Source of the DNA: Eledone cirrhosa
Taxonomy: Eukaryota
Length of the DNA: 64,000 nucleotides
Assembly: GCA_964016885.1 (NCBI GenBank)
Contig: OZ024754.1
Coordinates: 33,542,001 to 33,606,000 of the forward strand
Direction: 5' to 3'
Both the position numbers and the translations under genes were made by a program. The stretch's first letter is position 1. Every line of letters starts with the position of its first letter. This document shows, piece after piece, positions 1 through 11,984 of the stretch. The notes beneath the pieces were generated by a model. It saw only the letters and a list, made by a program, of their open reading frames with translations, was not told the origin of the DNA and did not search any database.

Positions 1-190
1 ACACGCTTCGCATCGGCTCCGCTATTCCATCGGGATTTACCCTTACTATTGTAAGTACCGGATAAATTTTTTAGTGCAACACATTTGGAACACTAACCCC
101 TGTTATTTAGGGAAACATTTTTGCATTTACCCCCTTTTTAGGGGGTAAAATAAATATCTATTTTTGCCGAAAAATTTCTTTCTTGGCAGC

Positions 191-2026
191 ATGGCGGAAA
201 AGATGGCAGACATGTCTGCCATTAGCTCTGCCACGCCCCCCAAGTCTGAAGAACAAAAAATAATTACAACAAAATTAGACATTGAAACAAACAAACAAAA
301 TGAAAAAACAAATGTTAAGGAAAATGAGCAAACAGAAAACAAACAAACAGAAAATAATACAAATAACGACAGGGCAACTTTCGCCCAGAAAACAAAGCAA
401 TCCATTACATACACACCAATTGACCTAACCGCCGCCAGAGAAAAACTGGCCGAAGCAAAGAAACATATTGTTTTGGGGGAGAACGGAATGTTTTCCATTA
501 ACTCCCCCCCAGAATTCAAGAAAGCCAGAGCAGAAGACACAGTTATATACAGAACTATACTGAACCAGACAAGAAAGCCAGCACAGCCCAGCCAAATGGA
601 AATAGAGTTAGTCCTAAAAGACTATATGAAGAATATTCTCTTCATACGAAAGGACCGACTCTATGGCAGCATTTCGGTCCTAACAAGAGACAAAGAAACG
701 GCGGAGAAGCTTTCCCTAAGCCCACTCTCGTCGACAACATATAGCTTCTATCCCTCCTACATGGGTAGAAGAACACAGAGAGTAAAAGTAAAAACAATGC
801 TGCCCACAATGGACTTCTGGTGGGCTATTGCTGGCTTCATTGATATGGGCGAAGACACTATGCTGTCAATGGGGAAGGCAACTGGAGATGCGTTCCTGGG
901 AATGGGCCTCGACATACTAGTCCAAATGAGGCCCGAAAGAATAGCACAAATCCCGGATCGCATCTGGCTGGATGACCTTACCCCAATAGACATAATTGTA
1001 GAGGGGAGAAGACCAGCATGCTATTTATGCATGGAAAGGGGACACGTTAAGGCTAACTGCCCGAAACGTATCCCCCAAAAAGGACTATTGCCCACACCCA
1101 CCACAAACAGTACACCAGCACCACCCACCTCCAAAAATACACTAATACCACACACAGCAAACAAAATACAGACACCACCAACCACAAACACAACACAAAC
1201 ATCACCACCACCAGCACCAAACACAAGCACGACACAAAAATCACCACCACCAACCACAACACAAACATCACCACCACCATCACCAACCACAAGCACGACA
1301 CAAACATTACCACCACCACCACCACAAAACCCATTCCAAACAAATAATAAAAAAAACAGTAACAAATCTACCCCTCCCGCAAAAAAAAAACAACCACACA
1401 ACACGTCCCTCCCACCTAGCGCTGAAGAGTTTCCCCCAACTTCTGAAGAAGAAGGAGGAGAAGCCTTCAGACAAGTTAAAAGAATAAAAAGAAAACACAC
1501 ACCCAGCACACCACAAATAACCCACACACAAACACCAACTCCAATCAAAAACACCCCACCCTCAACAAACAAAAATAAATCTGCGCCTCCCCTCTCCGAA
1601 ACATTGACAGCATCACAAAAAAAGACGTTGCAATACACATATATAAATAAAGAAAACAAAAAACTGGTTAAATTAATAAACAATAACCCTATGGTGCAGA
1701 CCGAAGGGCCAAACTTTATCTCAACAGAGAACTTCACCCATTTAAAAATGATAAAGGTCCCTCTGGACCTTTATCGTTCCTTAAAAGAACAATTTAGACG
1801 GGACGTGAGCCCCCCCTGTTTAAAACCGTTGAATCGCGTCCTCTTGAAAGATTTCCCCATAACCGCCCCTCTCCCTGACACAACTCCAAATACCCCAACC
1901 CCACCACACACGTGTACCCCCACACCACCACAAAACATCCCTCCACCCAACACACCTGATGCCATGGAAATTACGCAACCCGGAGAGGTAAGTGCTTTTC
2001 TTTCTTCACTTTCAACACCAAAATAG
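191..2026 (+). CDS. LINE ORF1p, gag-like with a zinc knuckle and a long Pro/Thr-rich region
   Basis: First ATG at 191 (agcATGG); CYLCMERGHVKANC fits CX2CX4HX4C; frame open to TAG at 2026. Confidence 0.85.
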   Translation: MAEKMADMSAISSATPPKSEEQKIITTKLDIETNKQNEKTNVKENEQTENKQTENNTNNDRATFAQKTKQSITYTPIDLTAAREKLAEAKKHIVLGENGMFSINSPPEFKKARAEDTVIYRTILNQTRKPAQPSQMEIELVLKDYMKNILFIRKDRLYGSISVLTRDKETAEKLSLSPLSSTTYSFYPSYMGRRTQRVKVKTMLPTMDFWWAIAGFIDMGEDTMLSMGKATGDAFLGMGLDILVQMRPERIAQIPDRIWLDDLTPIDIIVEGRRPACYLCMERGHVKANCPKRIPQKGLLPTPTTNSTPAPPTSKNTLIPHTANKIQTPPTTNTTQTSPPPAPNTSTTQKSPPPTTTQTSPPPSPTTSTTQTLPPPPPQNPFQTNNKKNSNKSTPPAKKKQPHNTSLPPSAEEFPPTSEEEGGEAFRQVKRIKRKHTPSTPQITHTQTPTPIKNTPPSTNKNKSAPPLSETLTASQKKTLQYTYINKENKKLVKLINNNPMVQTEGPNFISTENFTHLKMIKVPLDLYRSLKEQFRRDVSPPCLKPLNRVLLKDFPITAPLPDTTPNTPTPPHTCTPTPPQNIPPPNTPDAMEITQPGEVSAFLSSLSTPK

Positions 2027-2031
2027 ATCAA

Positions 2032-5000
2032 TTGAGAGTTGGCTGTTTGAACGCGCGTGGCCTGAGCTCAGCTTGGAAGCAAGCAAAGCTTCTAAGTGAC
2101 CTCAGGTCACAAAGTATAGATGTGATGGTTGTTTGCGAGAGTCGGATCAGCAGCGTGAGACAGCTGGCGCCCGCCTTCGATGACTTTGAGATGCACGCAT
2201 CTCTCTGTCAACCCGGAGGCGGGGGGGGAGTTGCCGTACTGCTGGATAAACGTCTGACTCTCGACGTACAGATTGTTCACTCGGACCCGGGGGGTCGATT
2301 ACTGGTGCTGGACGTCGGAGGTGGTGAAGGCGGGGCTTTCAGACTGGTCGGTCTTTATGCTCCCTTCGGGGCGGAAAGAGCCGACTTCTTCCAACGTCTG
2401 GAGACTTTTCTAGGAACGTCGCGTTCCCTGCTTTTAGTGGGGGACTGGAATGGAATCCTAGATGCGCGTTGGGACTATGCAGGGGCATGTCCCGATAGAG
2501 GGGGGTGTAGCAGCCTCAAGGGGTTACTCGATCGATTCGACCTGGTCGATAGATTTCGACTAGATTGTCCAACTGCGCCAACCTGGACCTGGGCAAACCG
2601 CAGTGGACAATCTAGATCGTACCTAGATAGGTTTTTGGTTAGGAGTAAGGATAGGGACGTATTTAGTTGTCCAGAACTGATCATGGTTGGCTATTCAGAT
2701 CACAAATTAGTGACCTGCGTGGTCAACCTTGATAGAACGCATAGACAGGGTCCCGGTTACTGGAAGATGAACTTGTCCTTACCGACAAAGAAAGATTACA
2801 GAAACCGGATTAGTAGCTTAGTTAAGATGCGGTTGACGGGAGCGATCGTCAACAGTAGGTGGTGGATATCTCTAAAGAGAGAGATTAGAGTAAGTTCGAT
2901 AGGTTACAGTAAGGAACTAGCGGCGAATAGAAATAGGAGGGAAAGGGAGTTAACAGATAAACTAGAAGAGGCGATTAGGAGCGGAGACGTAGCCAGAGTG
3001 TTAGCGTCGAGAACGGCATTGAGCCAGTTCTTTGACGCGAAGCACGAAGGCTGCGTTGTCCGAAGTAAAATACGTGCTTTAGGAAACGAGGGGACCAAAG
3101 CTGTTAGCTGGGCCCGCGTGACAGAAGCCAAGAGTGGGATTAAATCCACCATTCGGTCTTTGCGAGACCAGGATGGACGGGTGATCCTTGAACCTGAGCG
3201 AATGTGCGAGACCTTTCAAAGGCACTTTGCTCGACTGTTCGGAGGTGGCGGGGGGCCGGACGGGGATGTGGACTTCGGTCCATACCTCGACGGTCTACCG
3301 CGTCTTTCGAGCGGCGAAGCGGAGTGCTGCGAAGGGCCAATCACAGCCACTGAAATCGGGGAAGCGCTCAGCCAATGCAGCAGACGCAAATCCCCGGGTC
3401 TCGATGGTCTACCATACGAACTTTATTTAGCTATGCCGGTCTTGTTCTCCGAACTCCTCGAGGCTGTCTATTGCAACTGGCAACAGAACGGGAGAATTCC
3501 CTGTTCTGTGACCAAGGGCGTGGTCACGCTAGTGAGGAAGGACGAGAGCAAGGGGGACGACTTAAGTAACTTTAGGCCCATAACTCTGCTGAATGCAGAG
3601 TTACAGATTTTGGCCAAGGTGTTGGCGAAGAGGTTGGCGCTTGTGGTGGGTGGTTTGGTGGGAGACGCGCAGACATGCGCTATCCCGTCCAGGTCCATTC
3701 ACGACAACCTCCACCTCATGCGATACATCATAGAGAGGGTTGGCTACGAACCCGGCTTTGGTGGGGCCCTGATCAACTTGGATCAATCTAAGGCGTTCGA
3801 TAGGGTCGACCATGGTTACCTGGATGCGGTGCTAGCGGCGGCGGGCTTCGGACCCGTTTTCAGGGGCTGGATTTCTGCCATGCACAGTGGCAACATCTAC
3901 TCTAGGATTAAAGTAAACGGCTACCTCTCGGAGCCGTTTCAAATCACCCGATCCATCAGACAGGGGTGCCCCCTCTCCTCCCTTCTGTACGTATTGACTC
4001 TCGAGCCACTGCTGCGGAAGTTGGAGTTGCTGCGGGGCATACCCCTGGAACCGGGATTGCACAAAGCGGTCTCGGCCTATGCCGACGACGTAACAGTAAT
4101 GGTGGCGGACGCCTCGGAAATCGGGGCGATCGCCACCCTACTGGAGGAATACGAAAGGCTGACGGGGGCTAAGCTGAACCAGGACAAGTCAGTCGGTTTG
4201 CAACTCGGAACGTGGAGGGGCAAACCGATGCCGTTAGACGGTGTCGTCGGGCGGTGGACGGAGGGCCCGGTGAAGCTGCTCGGGGTCTGGTTCGGACCGG
4301 ACCTCCAGGTGGAGAAGAATTGGGGCGAGGTGACGAGCAGGGTGTTTGCGCTGACCCAGAAGTGGGCCAAGTGCAAACTATCACTGAAAGGTCGGGCGGA
4401 GGTGACGAACGCTTACATAGCGTCCGTCATCTACTACCGCCTGACCGTCATGCCTTGCCCCAAGGAAAAGCTCACCATCATGGAACGCATGCTCTTCCAG
4501 TTCCTCTGGAAGAAGCGGCCTCCCATGGTGAGGAGATCCATCTGCTGCCAGCACCCTTCGAAAGGAGAGCTGGGTATGCCGTGGCTGTTGATGCGTAGGC
4601 ACGCATTGAGGCTACGGCATCTACAGGTATTCCTCAACGGTCAGCCGGTGTGGGCCCCGTTTGTGAGGCGAGCCTTCCCACAGCTCGTCTCGCTCACCGA
4701 ACTGCAATCCTGGGTGAAGCAAAGACCGAGAAAACTGGGCAACTGGCACACTGAGTGTGCCCAGGCGCTCACGGCTATCTGGCAAGCGGACCCGACTGTC
4801 AGTGGAGAATCCACCTCGACATTCTATAGAGGGTTGGTGGCTAGCAGGGGCGACGACACCCTTGGAGAGTCGCTAGGCATGGAGGAGGACGAACTGGCCA
4901 GCCTGTTCGGTAGAACTTTCGGCCCGGGACCCATGGACAACTTCCAGAGGTCCCTAGCCTGGCAGTGTTACCGGGGGGCTCTGCCCGTTCGAGAAAAGCT

Positions 5001-5460
5001 CTACAGACACGGGCGCCCGGGCAGGGATCCCGCGAAAAAGATCTGTCCCAGATGCGTGCGCGACGAGGAAACCGTTGCGCATGCACTGGTACACTGCCCG
5101 GGCGTTGCCGATCTGTGGGGCTACGTCGAACGACTGCTGTCGCGTGTGGCGCCGATTCGATTAACCGCCGAGTCTGTGGTGAACATCAAGCCGCCTCCTC
5201 CCTTCAGAAATGAAGCAGAGGCGGTCTTTCTGTGCGTAATAGCCATGATGAAAGAGGTTGTGTGGTGGACGCGCCTGAAAGGTCTGAGGTCGGGTGACTT
5301 TCTCTCCGGCCATCACCTGGTTTACTTCTTCCGATACCACTTCGGAAGAAGAATCAGGATGGAGAGAGAAGTGCTTGGTCCCAGACAGTTTTATGAAAGG
5401 TGGGTGAAAGAAGCGAGAATGGCCCGTGTAAATGGGCCTTCTCTCTACATTGTTCTGTAG
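2032..5460 (+). CDS. LINE ORF2p: AP endonuclease, reverse transcriptase and C-terminal zinc motif
   Basis: LNARG, GDWN, LDRF and SDH (APE); KSPGLDG, FRPITLLN, DQSKAFD, RQGCPLS and YADD (RT); CPRC...ETVAHALVHC. Uninterrupted frame; start codon uncertain (TTG). Confidence 0.95.
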   Translation: MRVGCLNARGLSSAWKQAKLLSDLRSQSIDVMVVCESRISSVRQLAPAFDDFEMHASLCQPGGGGGVAVLLDKRLTLDVQIVHSDPGGRLLVLDVGGGEGGAFRLVGLYAPFGAERADFFQRLETFLGTSRSLLLVGDWNGILDARWDYAGACPDRGGCSSLKGLLDRFDLVDRFRLDCPTAPTWTWANRSGQSRSYLDRFLVRSKDRDVFSCPELIMVGYSDHKLVTCVVNLDRTHRQGPGYWKMNLSLPTKKDYRNRISSLVKMRLTGAIVNSRWWISLKREIRVSSIGYSKELAANRNRRERELTDKLEEAIRSGDVARVLASRTALSQFFDAKHEGCVVRSKIRALGNEGTKAVSWARVTEAKSGIKSTIRSLRDQDGRVILEPERMCETFQRHFARLFGGGGGPDGDVDFGPYLDGLPRLSSGEAECCEGPITATEIGEALSQCSRRKSPGLDGLPYELYLAMPVLFSELLEAVYCNWQQNGRIPCSVTKGVVTLVRKDESKGDDLSNFRPITLLNAELQILAKVLAKRLALVVGGLVGDAQTCAIPSRSIHDNLHLMRYIIERVGYEPGFGGALINLDQSKAFDRVDHGYLDAVLAAAGFGPVFRGWISAMHSGNIYSRIKVNGYLSEPFQITRSIRQGCPLSSLLYVLTLEPLLRKLELLRGIPLEPGLHKAVSAYADDVTVMVADASEIGAIATLLEEYERLTGAKLNQDKSVGLQLGTWRGKPMPLDGVVGRWTEGPVKLLGVWFGPDLQVEKNWGEVTSRVFALTQKWAKCKLSLKGRAEVTNAYIASVIYYRLTVMPCPKEKLTIMERMLFQFLWKKRPPMVRRSICCQHPSKGELGMPWLLMRRHALRLRHLQVFLNGQPVWAPFVRRAFPQLVSLTELQSWVKQRPRKLGNWHTECAQALTAIWQADPTVSGESTSTFYRGLVASRGDDTLGESLGMEEDELASLFGRTFGPGPMDNFQRSLAWQCYRGALPVREKLYRHGRPGRDPAKKICPRCVRDEETVAHALVHCPGVADLWGYVERLLSRVAPIRLTAESVVNIKPPPPFRNEAEAVFLCVIAMMKEVVWWTRLKGLRSGDFLSGHHLVYFFRYHFGRRIRMEREVLGPRQFYERWVKEARMARVNGPSLYIVL

Positions 5461-5750
5461 GTGAAGAAGTGAAGAGGAAAGGGGGAGCGCCTCCTCTCTG
5501 GGCTTCCCCCGCGAAAAGAGTTGCACACTTTTCGGGGGTATGTGCAATCCCCAACACGCCCCCTCCCTTTTGAGGACTTTTTATTGTTATATTATTATTG
5601 TTATTCCTTTTTCTTTACTCGATTTATGTAAACTCCCCCACTGTGTAAATGTCCCCTTCTTTTGTGCCCTCGTGGCAAATAAATAGAAATTTATCTATCT
5701 ATCTACCTATCTACCTATCTACCTATCTACCTATCTATCTATCTATCTAT

Positions 5751-6275
5751 ACGAAGGAGAGGCGGTGTTTCTGTGCATAATAGCCATGGCGAAAGAGGTT
5801 GTATGGTGGACGCGTCTGAAAGGACTGAGATCAGACACCTTTCTCTCTGGCCAACAACTGGTCCGTTTCTTCCGATATCATTTCGGAAGAAGGATCTGGA
5901 TGGAGAGAGAGGTGCTGCACCCCAGCCGTTTTTATGAAAGATGGGTGAAAGTGGCGAGAATGGTCCATGTGAATGGGCCTTCACTCTACATCAGACTATA
6001 GGTGAGAAAAGATTAAGGGAGATGAAAGATTAAGGGTGCACCCCTTCTCTGTGCTCCTGAGGAGAAGGGTTGCACACTTTTTTCGGGGGTGTGTGCGACC
6101 CCCCAAGGCGCCTCCTCTCTATTGAGGATTTTGTTAAAAATTTTATTTTTTGTTATATCTTATTTTATTTTTATATTTTGTTATTGCCTCCTCCTTATTG
6201 AGGACGCCTTTTTGTGTAAACTCCCCCCTTTGTACTTGTCCCACTTTTGATGCCCTAGTGGCAAATAAAAGAAAC
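5751..6275 (+). mobile_element. 5'-truncated 3' fragment of a related Tx1 family
   Basis: Encodes FLCIIAMAKEVVWWTRLKG...NGPSLY, a diverged match to the ORF2 C-terminus; homologous 3'UTR; (CTAT)n on both sides. Confidence 0.92.
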
Positions 6276-6799
6276 ATATCTATTTATCTATCTATCTATC
6301 TATCTATCTATCATCCTATCTATTTATCTATCTACCAGTTCGAGACAAAATCTAGAAAGTAACAACACAGTTATTAATGAGTTGAAATTAATGCATGCAA
6401 GATTTCATAGCTCTAGCATCACTCCTTCATATCCTTCATAATAAGCTTATGAACTTTTCAGCTGACCCTCATATTTCACAGAAAGATTCAGCATGACAAG
6501 GGCTCGTCCTTTGAATTACAGGTACAATTCATTTTTGTAGCAACATGAAATAAACTGACTTGCTTAAGGACACAATCAGCCCTCCAGGGTAAGAATCAAA
6601 CTCCTGGTCATGAGCCTAGTACATTACCCCACTGGTAAGTTATGCTAAGATCCAGATAAATTGCTAAACAAAGACTGATTCTGTTTAGTACATAAACCTG
6701 GCCAAAGATCACTCAGTTTCTGTGAAACAAAACCACCTATTTTAATAAAAATAATCGAAAATAATCGAATATAAAATAAGACATGATCATCATCATCAT

Positions 6800-7280
6800 C
6801 ATCATTTGTCGACTACTGTCGAGATGACGGATCTCACTCTCATGCCCCAGAATTCCCTGTCCCCCATCGCTGCCCCCAGGTCCTGTCTACTGATTCCCGT
6901 ATTTGTAGGTGCATTATGATCAGAAACAGGACCCAGGAAAGCAGGGGCTGGACCTATATCAACAGGTATACCATATAGTGTGGTTCCCTGAGGAACAGGA
7001 ACCCTGGTGCAGTTAGTTGCGAAATCCATCATCTTTTCAATGGCCATCCAAACCCAGCACGGCCCGCCGAAAAGCGCTGCAGTGCCGGAAAAGCCAACTT
7101 CCTGCTACTAGTATGCCGGTAAGCTAGTACAACGTATCTCCAGATGGATAGAGTGGGTCTGTAGCTTTGGTTAGCGACTACTCTAGTGCTTGCAACACGA
7201 ACAATTAGGGCGAGGGTATAAATGCCAGGTTGGTATCTGGCGCTGGGTAACCCACCACACGGAGGAGAAAGCACCTTCTT
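6800..7280 (-). mobile_element. Probable LINE 5'UTR/5' fragment (RTE-like, tentative)
   Basis: GC-richer island next to (ATC)n; no diagnostic protein motif. Confidence 0.3.
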
Positions 7281-7519
7281 CAAGACTTGGCTGTCAAATT
7301 CTTTCACATGTGTGTAGTAGTGGCGCCCACACACATTATTAGCTATTTGAAAAGAGAAGAAGGCATGATAAAGTTGGGCAATATTTACACTAGGTAACAT
7401 GCAGGTTTTATGGCATGGAAACAACCATCACCCAGAGGCAGTATTAGGGGGCGAGAACCTGACAATCTTATGGGACTACCAGTGAAAACTTTGACCAAGA
7501 CCAAAAGGTCAACTAAAGG

Positions 7520-8164
7520 AATGACAAATTGTTATACAGAAACCTTAAAGATGTTCCAACGATCCTGTACACAATGTTTCCAACAACTGTCATGGTTCTA
7601 GGAGATATGAGCAGCAAGGGAGATGTCATGCCTCCTCACTTCTTTTCTCAGAGCTTAAGGATCAATGCTGCTGACAATAAGGAGGTGTTTGAGAGGGTTG
7701 TGAGGCCTTGGGTAGAAAACATGAGCAAAAGAAGACTGTACACCTACCAACAAGACTCAGTGCCATCTCCTAAAGGCAAGACGACCCCAGAATGGCAGAG
7801 TTACAATCTACATAATCATTCCAACCCAAACATATGACCGCTTAACTCTCCAGATCCTCACCCATTGGACTACTACATATGGGATGTAGTCAAGGAGGAA
7901 GTCAATGCCCCACTAACACTACAAAACCTTCGAAGTCCACGATAACTAGCACAATATCCAAAATAGATAAAGATCATCTGATTCGAGCATTTCAGGCTTT
8001 ATATTGAAGTAGTTATTGATGCTAATGGCGGATTTATTGATAAGATGTGTCAAAAAGCCTCCAGATTATTCATGCCAATTTTTCCCAAATAAAGCTCTTC
8101 TTTCATGATTTATGCTTCTGTTTCTAAATTCATGCAAGTGTCCTAAAAAAACTGAGCAGCCCTG
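7520..8164 (+). pseudogene. Decayed Tc1/mariner-superfamily transposase of DD37D (maT-like) type, with probable right end
   Basis: VMVLG...YQQDS...(stop)PLNSPDPHPLDYYIW; 37 residues between the QQD aspartate and the final aspartate; ends ...gagcagccctg before a TA-rich run. Confidence 0.8.
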
Positions 8165-9097
8165 CATATATATATATATATGTGTGTGTGTTTACATTTA
8201 TGTTTACATTTGTTTAGGTCTTGTAACTTAGTAGTTCTACAAACAAGAGATCAATAAAATATATACCAGACTTACTTGAAAAACAAACTAGTGGGTTCGA
8301 TATGACTGACTAAATCCCTTTCAAAGCTATGCCCCAGCATAGCCGTTGCCCAATAAATAAAACTAGTAAAAGGTTGTGGGTATGCAGGTGTGTGTGTGTG
8401 TGTGTGAACAGTAAAAGACAAGTTAACAGACTAAAAGAATATCTGGATATGTAATAATAGAAAGCCTTTATACAGGAGGTTAATCAACAAAATCCCAGGC
8501 CCCATTCGCTTAATCAGACCGAGGAAACGATGTTTCTATTGGTCTTTCCAATTGCTAATACTATCTGTCGGTCGCAAATCCAGGCAGAAGGAGCAATGCG
8601 AAATAAAGTGTCTTGCTCAAGGACATAATGCATCACCCAGTGCAAGAATCGAACTCACAACCACACAATTGCTAATCCAATTCTATAACCACTAAGCCAC
8701 ATGCTTTCACAAATGTGGAGTCGATATGACTGATTAAATCCCTTCAAAGCTGTGCCCCAGCATGGTCATAGCCTAATAACTAAAACCAGTAAAAGACAAA
8801 TTAAAAGATTAAAAGATTACACACATATAATAAAAGAATACCTTTAAGATTGAGAAGCTAGTTATAAAGACAAGTTAATATTGGCCAAATAGTCTTGTGA
8901 AAATCTTGTCACATAAATGTTATTGTTCTCTGTTTGATAAGGTTGTTAAAGTTGGCATTAATCACTCTAGAATAATGTCTCTGTCTACAATATAATGAAT
9001 TAAAAGAATTGTCAATGTTCTCTACAACTTTTTGTCATTTTCTGCATTTCAAGGTTTTCTTGATTTTGTTTGGCTGAGAAATTTCTAGAAGACGAAT

Positions 9098-9580
9098 TGT
9101 GTGTGTATTTGTGTGTATGTATGTGTGTCTATGTTTGTATGTTTGTGTGTTTGTATTTGTATGTGTCTATGTTTGTGTGTTTGTATATGTATGTGCATGC
9201 GTATGGTTGTATTTGTGTCTGTGTGTGCGTCTATGTGTTTGTATTTGTGTGTGTTTGTATGTCAGTGTGTGCGTCTATGTGTTTGTATTTGTGTGTGTTT
9301 GTATTTGTGTATGTATGTGTGTCTGTGTGTGAGTGTCTGTGTGTGTGTTTGTATTTGTGTGTGTGTGTATGTTTGTATTTGCATATGTGCGTTTGTATTT
9401 CTGTGTATGTATTTGTATTTGTGTATGTATGTGTATGTTTGTATCTGTGCACATGTGTTTGTATTTATGTGTGTATGTGTGTGTGTCAGTGTAATATATA
9501 TGTGTGTGTAATATACTTGTGTATGTGTGTGTGTGTGTGTGTAATATATATATATGTGTACACGTGTGTGTATTTGTGTG
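9098..9580. repeat. Degenerate (GT/GTAT/GTTT)n simple repeat
   Basis: Direct reading. Confidence 0.95.
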
Positions 9581-9984
9581 TAAGTGTTTAGATATTTTGC
9601 AATCAAGTTTATATAAACTGTCTGTTGTATTCCTCTCGGTACTCGCAGAGAAAACATGAGTTATATCAAATAATTTGTGTAATTTGCGAAACAACCAAAA
9701 CTCTCAATAGCAGAATAACATAAAGTAAGTAAGTAGTAGTCTGTGACCGAGTTTTTAATACCAACGCTGACTGACTGCCCAGGTCACGTGATTCATATGC
9801 AAATGTGTGAGCATGTGTAAATTGAATAGAAATTTAACAGTCCATACAACAATGAGGTTGTGAGTTCGATTCCCAGTCCATACAACACTGTCAATGAGTC
9901 GAGAAAAATGCTGCACATACACACATATACACTCATATACACACATATGAGAGCTGACTGTCAGGTGGGACCCAATGCAGGACA

Positions 9985-10312
9985 AGCTGACACACACACA
10001 TACTGACACACACACATACTGATTCACACATACTGACACACTCACATACTGACATACACTCACACACATACCCTCACACACACACACGCATACTAACTCA
10101 CACACATACACTCAGACACACACACTCACACACTTACCCTCACACACTTACCCTCACACACACATACTGACTCACACACATACCCTCACACACTCACTCA
10201 CACACACACACTCACACACTTACCCTCACACACACACACTCACACACTTACCCTCACACACTCGCACACACACTCACACACTTACCCAGACACACACATA
10301 CTGACTCTCACA
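9985..10312. repeat. Degenerate (CA)n simple repeat
   Basis: Direct reading. Confidence 0.95.
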
Positions 10313-10396
10313 CAACCTCTTATTGGATAAACAAAACTCTTCAGCTTTATGTTTTGTTTAATTTCACTAAAGATATTTTTTTCCAATATTTTACAG

Positions 10397-10479
10397 GTGT
10401 AAAAATACCTGTATGGATGTTGATTGGGACAATTTACACATCTCACAATATTTTTTAACACATCAACCAAATATTAATG
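10397..10479 (+). CDS. Candidate host exon A (CKNTCMDVDWDNLHISQYFLTHQPNIN), GC donor
   Basis: ttttacag| acceptor, open frame, ATG|GCAAGA donor; phase 1 joins exon B to make GAT. Confidence 0.45.
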
Positions 10480-10646
10480 GCAAGACAAAAAAACAATTTC
10501 ATTTTTGTATTTACTTTGCATGATTCTTGAGGTGAAATCATGAGTTGAAACAGATTTTGTTATATTTTGGTAGGGTCATGCTAACAATAAAAACACATGC
10601 TCTAGTTGATATTCTCCTTTGGCTTTTATTATTAGTTAGGTAACTA

Positions 10647-11210
10647 GGGTGGTGGATTGGCAGTATCAGCAGAGGGTCGGACGCCATGCTTTACAGCATA
10701 GAGTTACAGCCATTTATGATCTGAGTTCAAATCCCGCCGAGGTTAATTTTGCCTTTCATCTTTACGGGGTCAATAAAATAAAGTACCAGTCACGCACTGG
10801 AGTCAATTTAATCGACTTTCCCCTTTTCCCAAATTGTTGGCCTTTTGTCTCAACCAGAAATCATTATTAGTCAGGTAACGATCTGAGTTCAAATCCCGCC
10901 GAGGTTGACTTTGCCTTTCATCCTTACAGGGTCAATAAAATAAAGTACCAGTAATGCACTGGGTAATTGCTGGCCTTGTGCCTAAAGTAGAAACAATTAT
11001 TAGTCAGGTAACAGTTGGGTTAGCACCATCGATAGAGCATTGGACAACATGCTTTGTGGCATATGGTCATGGCCCTTTATGTTTTCAGTTCAAATCCTGC
11101 TGTGGTTGGCTTTGCTGATAAAATAAAGCACCTGTAATGCACTGGGGTCAATTTAATCAATTTCACCCTCCCCAAAAATGTTGGGCTTGTGCCTAAATCA
11201 GAAACCCTTA
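10647..11210 (+). mobile_element. Cluster of three tRNA-derived SINE copies (family A)
   Basis: Head with tggcagtatc and gagttcaaatccc (A/B-box-like) and body gccgaggttaactttgcctttcatcc...gataaaataaagtaccag, recurring many times in the window. Confidence 0.85.
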
Positions 11211-11854
11211 TTAGTCAGGTAAATAATCCATTCATCAGTTACTTTGCCAATCATGCAGTTATATAATTCTCAAAGTTCTTTCATCACAGATTCTCTGACC
11301 TCCTCAGTGTAAGTAGCTAAGCATTCCACGATTCAGTGCAATAAAATGTGTGACAAGGCTGGCCCTTTGAATCATAAGTACACGTGGACTGGAGTAAAGT
11401 GAAATAAAGTGTCTTGCTCAAGGACATAACATACCACTGGGAATCGATCTCATGACCCTGTGATCATGAGCCAGACAGCTTAACCACTAAGTCATGCAGC
11501 TTCACTAAAAGCAGCAATATATATTGGTAAACAGTAAGGGACATTGTTCATTGCTAGACAAAAGCAGTTTCAGGGGTTGAAGATTATATAGAGACTAAAT
11601 ATAAACAACAGAAAATAGTTGTATAAGAATTTCTATAATTCTGCATATTGTCCAATAGAATAAGTATTTTTATCCCTTATTGTTAAATTACTAAATAAAC
11701 ATTTTTATTTATTTCTATTTTTTTACAATGACAAAAGAATATTTCCTTGTTAAAATAGTATGATTAAATTTTGAGTGTGTAAACATTTGTAAAAGAGGAA
11801 TTTGAACACCAAAGAATTAATAAAAAGATTTTAGAATACTACTTTTGAAAGTCG

Positions 11855-11887
<33 letters not shown>

Positions 11888-11984
11888 TAAACCAAGTAGT
11901 CCAAAATGTATTGAATATGAGAATTATAATCAGGTTAAAGTAGCAAAGCTAGGAATTAGCAAAATATTTTATTTTATTTCAAAG

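Larger units (their letters stand above)
1..5690 (+). mobile_element. Near full-length L1/Tx1-clade non-LTR retrotransposon (5' end may lie before the window)
   Basis: Two long open ORFs (CCHC ORF1; APE+RT+C-terminal Cys/His ORF2), a ~230-nt 3'UTR with AATAAA at 5678, then (CTAT)n. Confidence 0.93.

Noticed and set aside
1988-2026. 39-nt intron fusing ORF1 to ORF2
   Set aside because: Removal keeps the ORF1 frame and reaches TGA two codons later; nearby AGs are also out of frame
127-5557. Antisense and alternative-frame ORFs within the LINE
   Set aside because: Shadows of biased composition with no motifs
9649-9730. Exon-like segment (cgcag| ... |gtaagt)
   Set aside because: All three frames hit a stop before the donor
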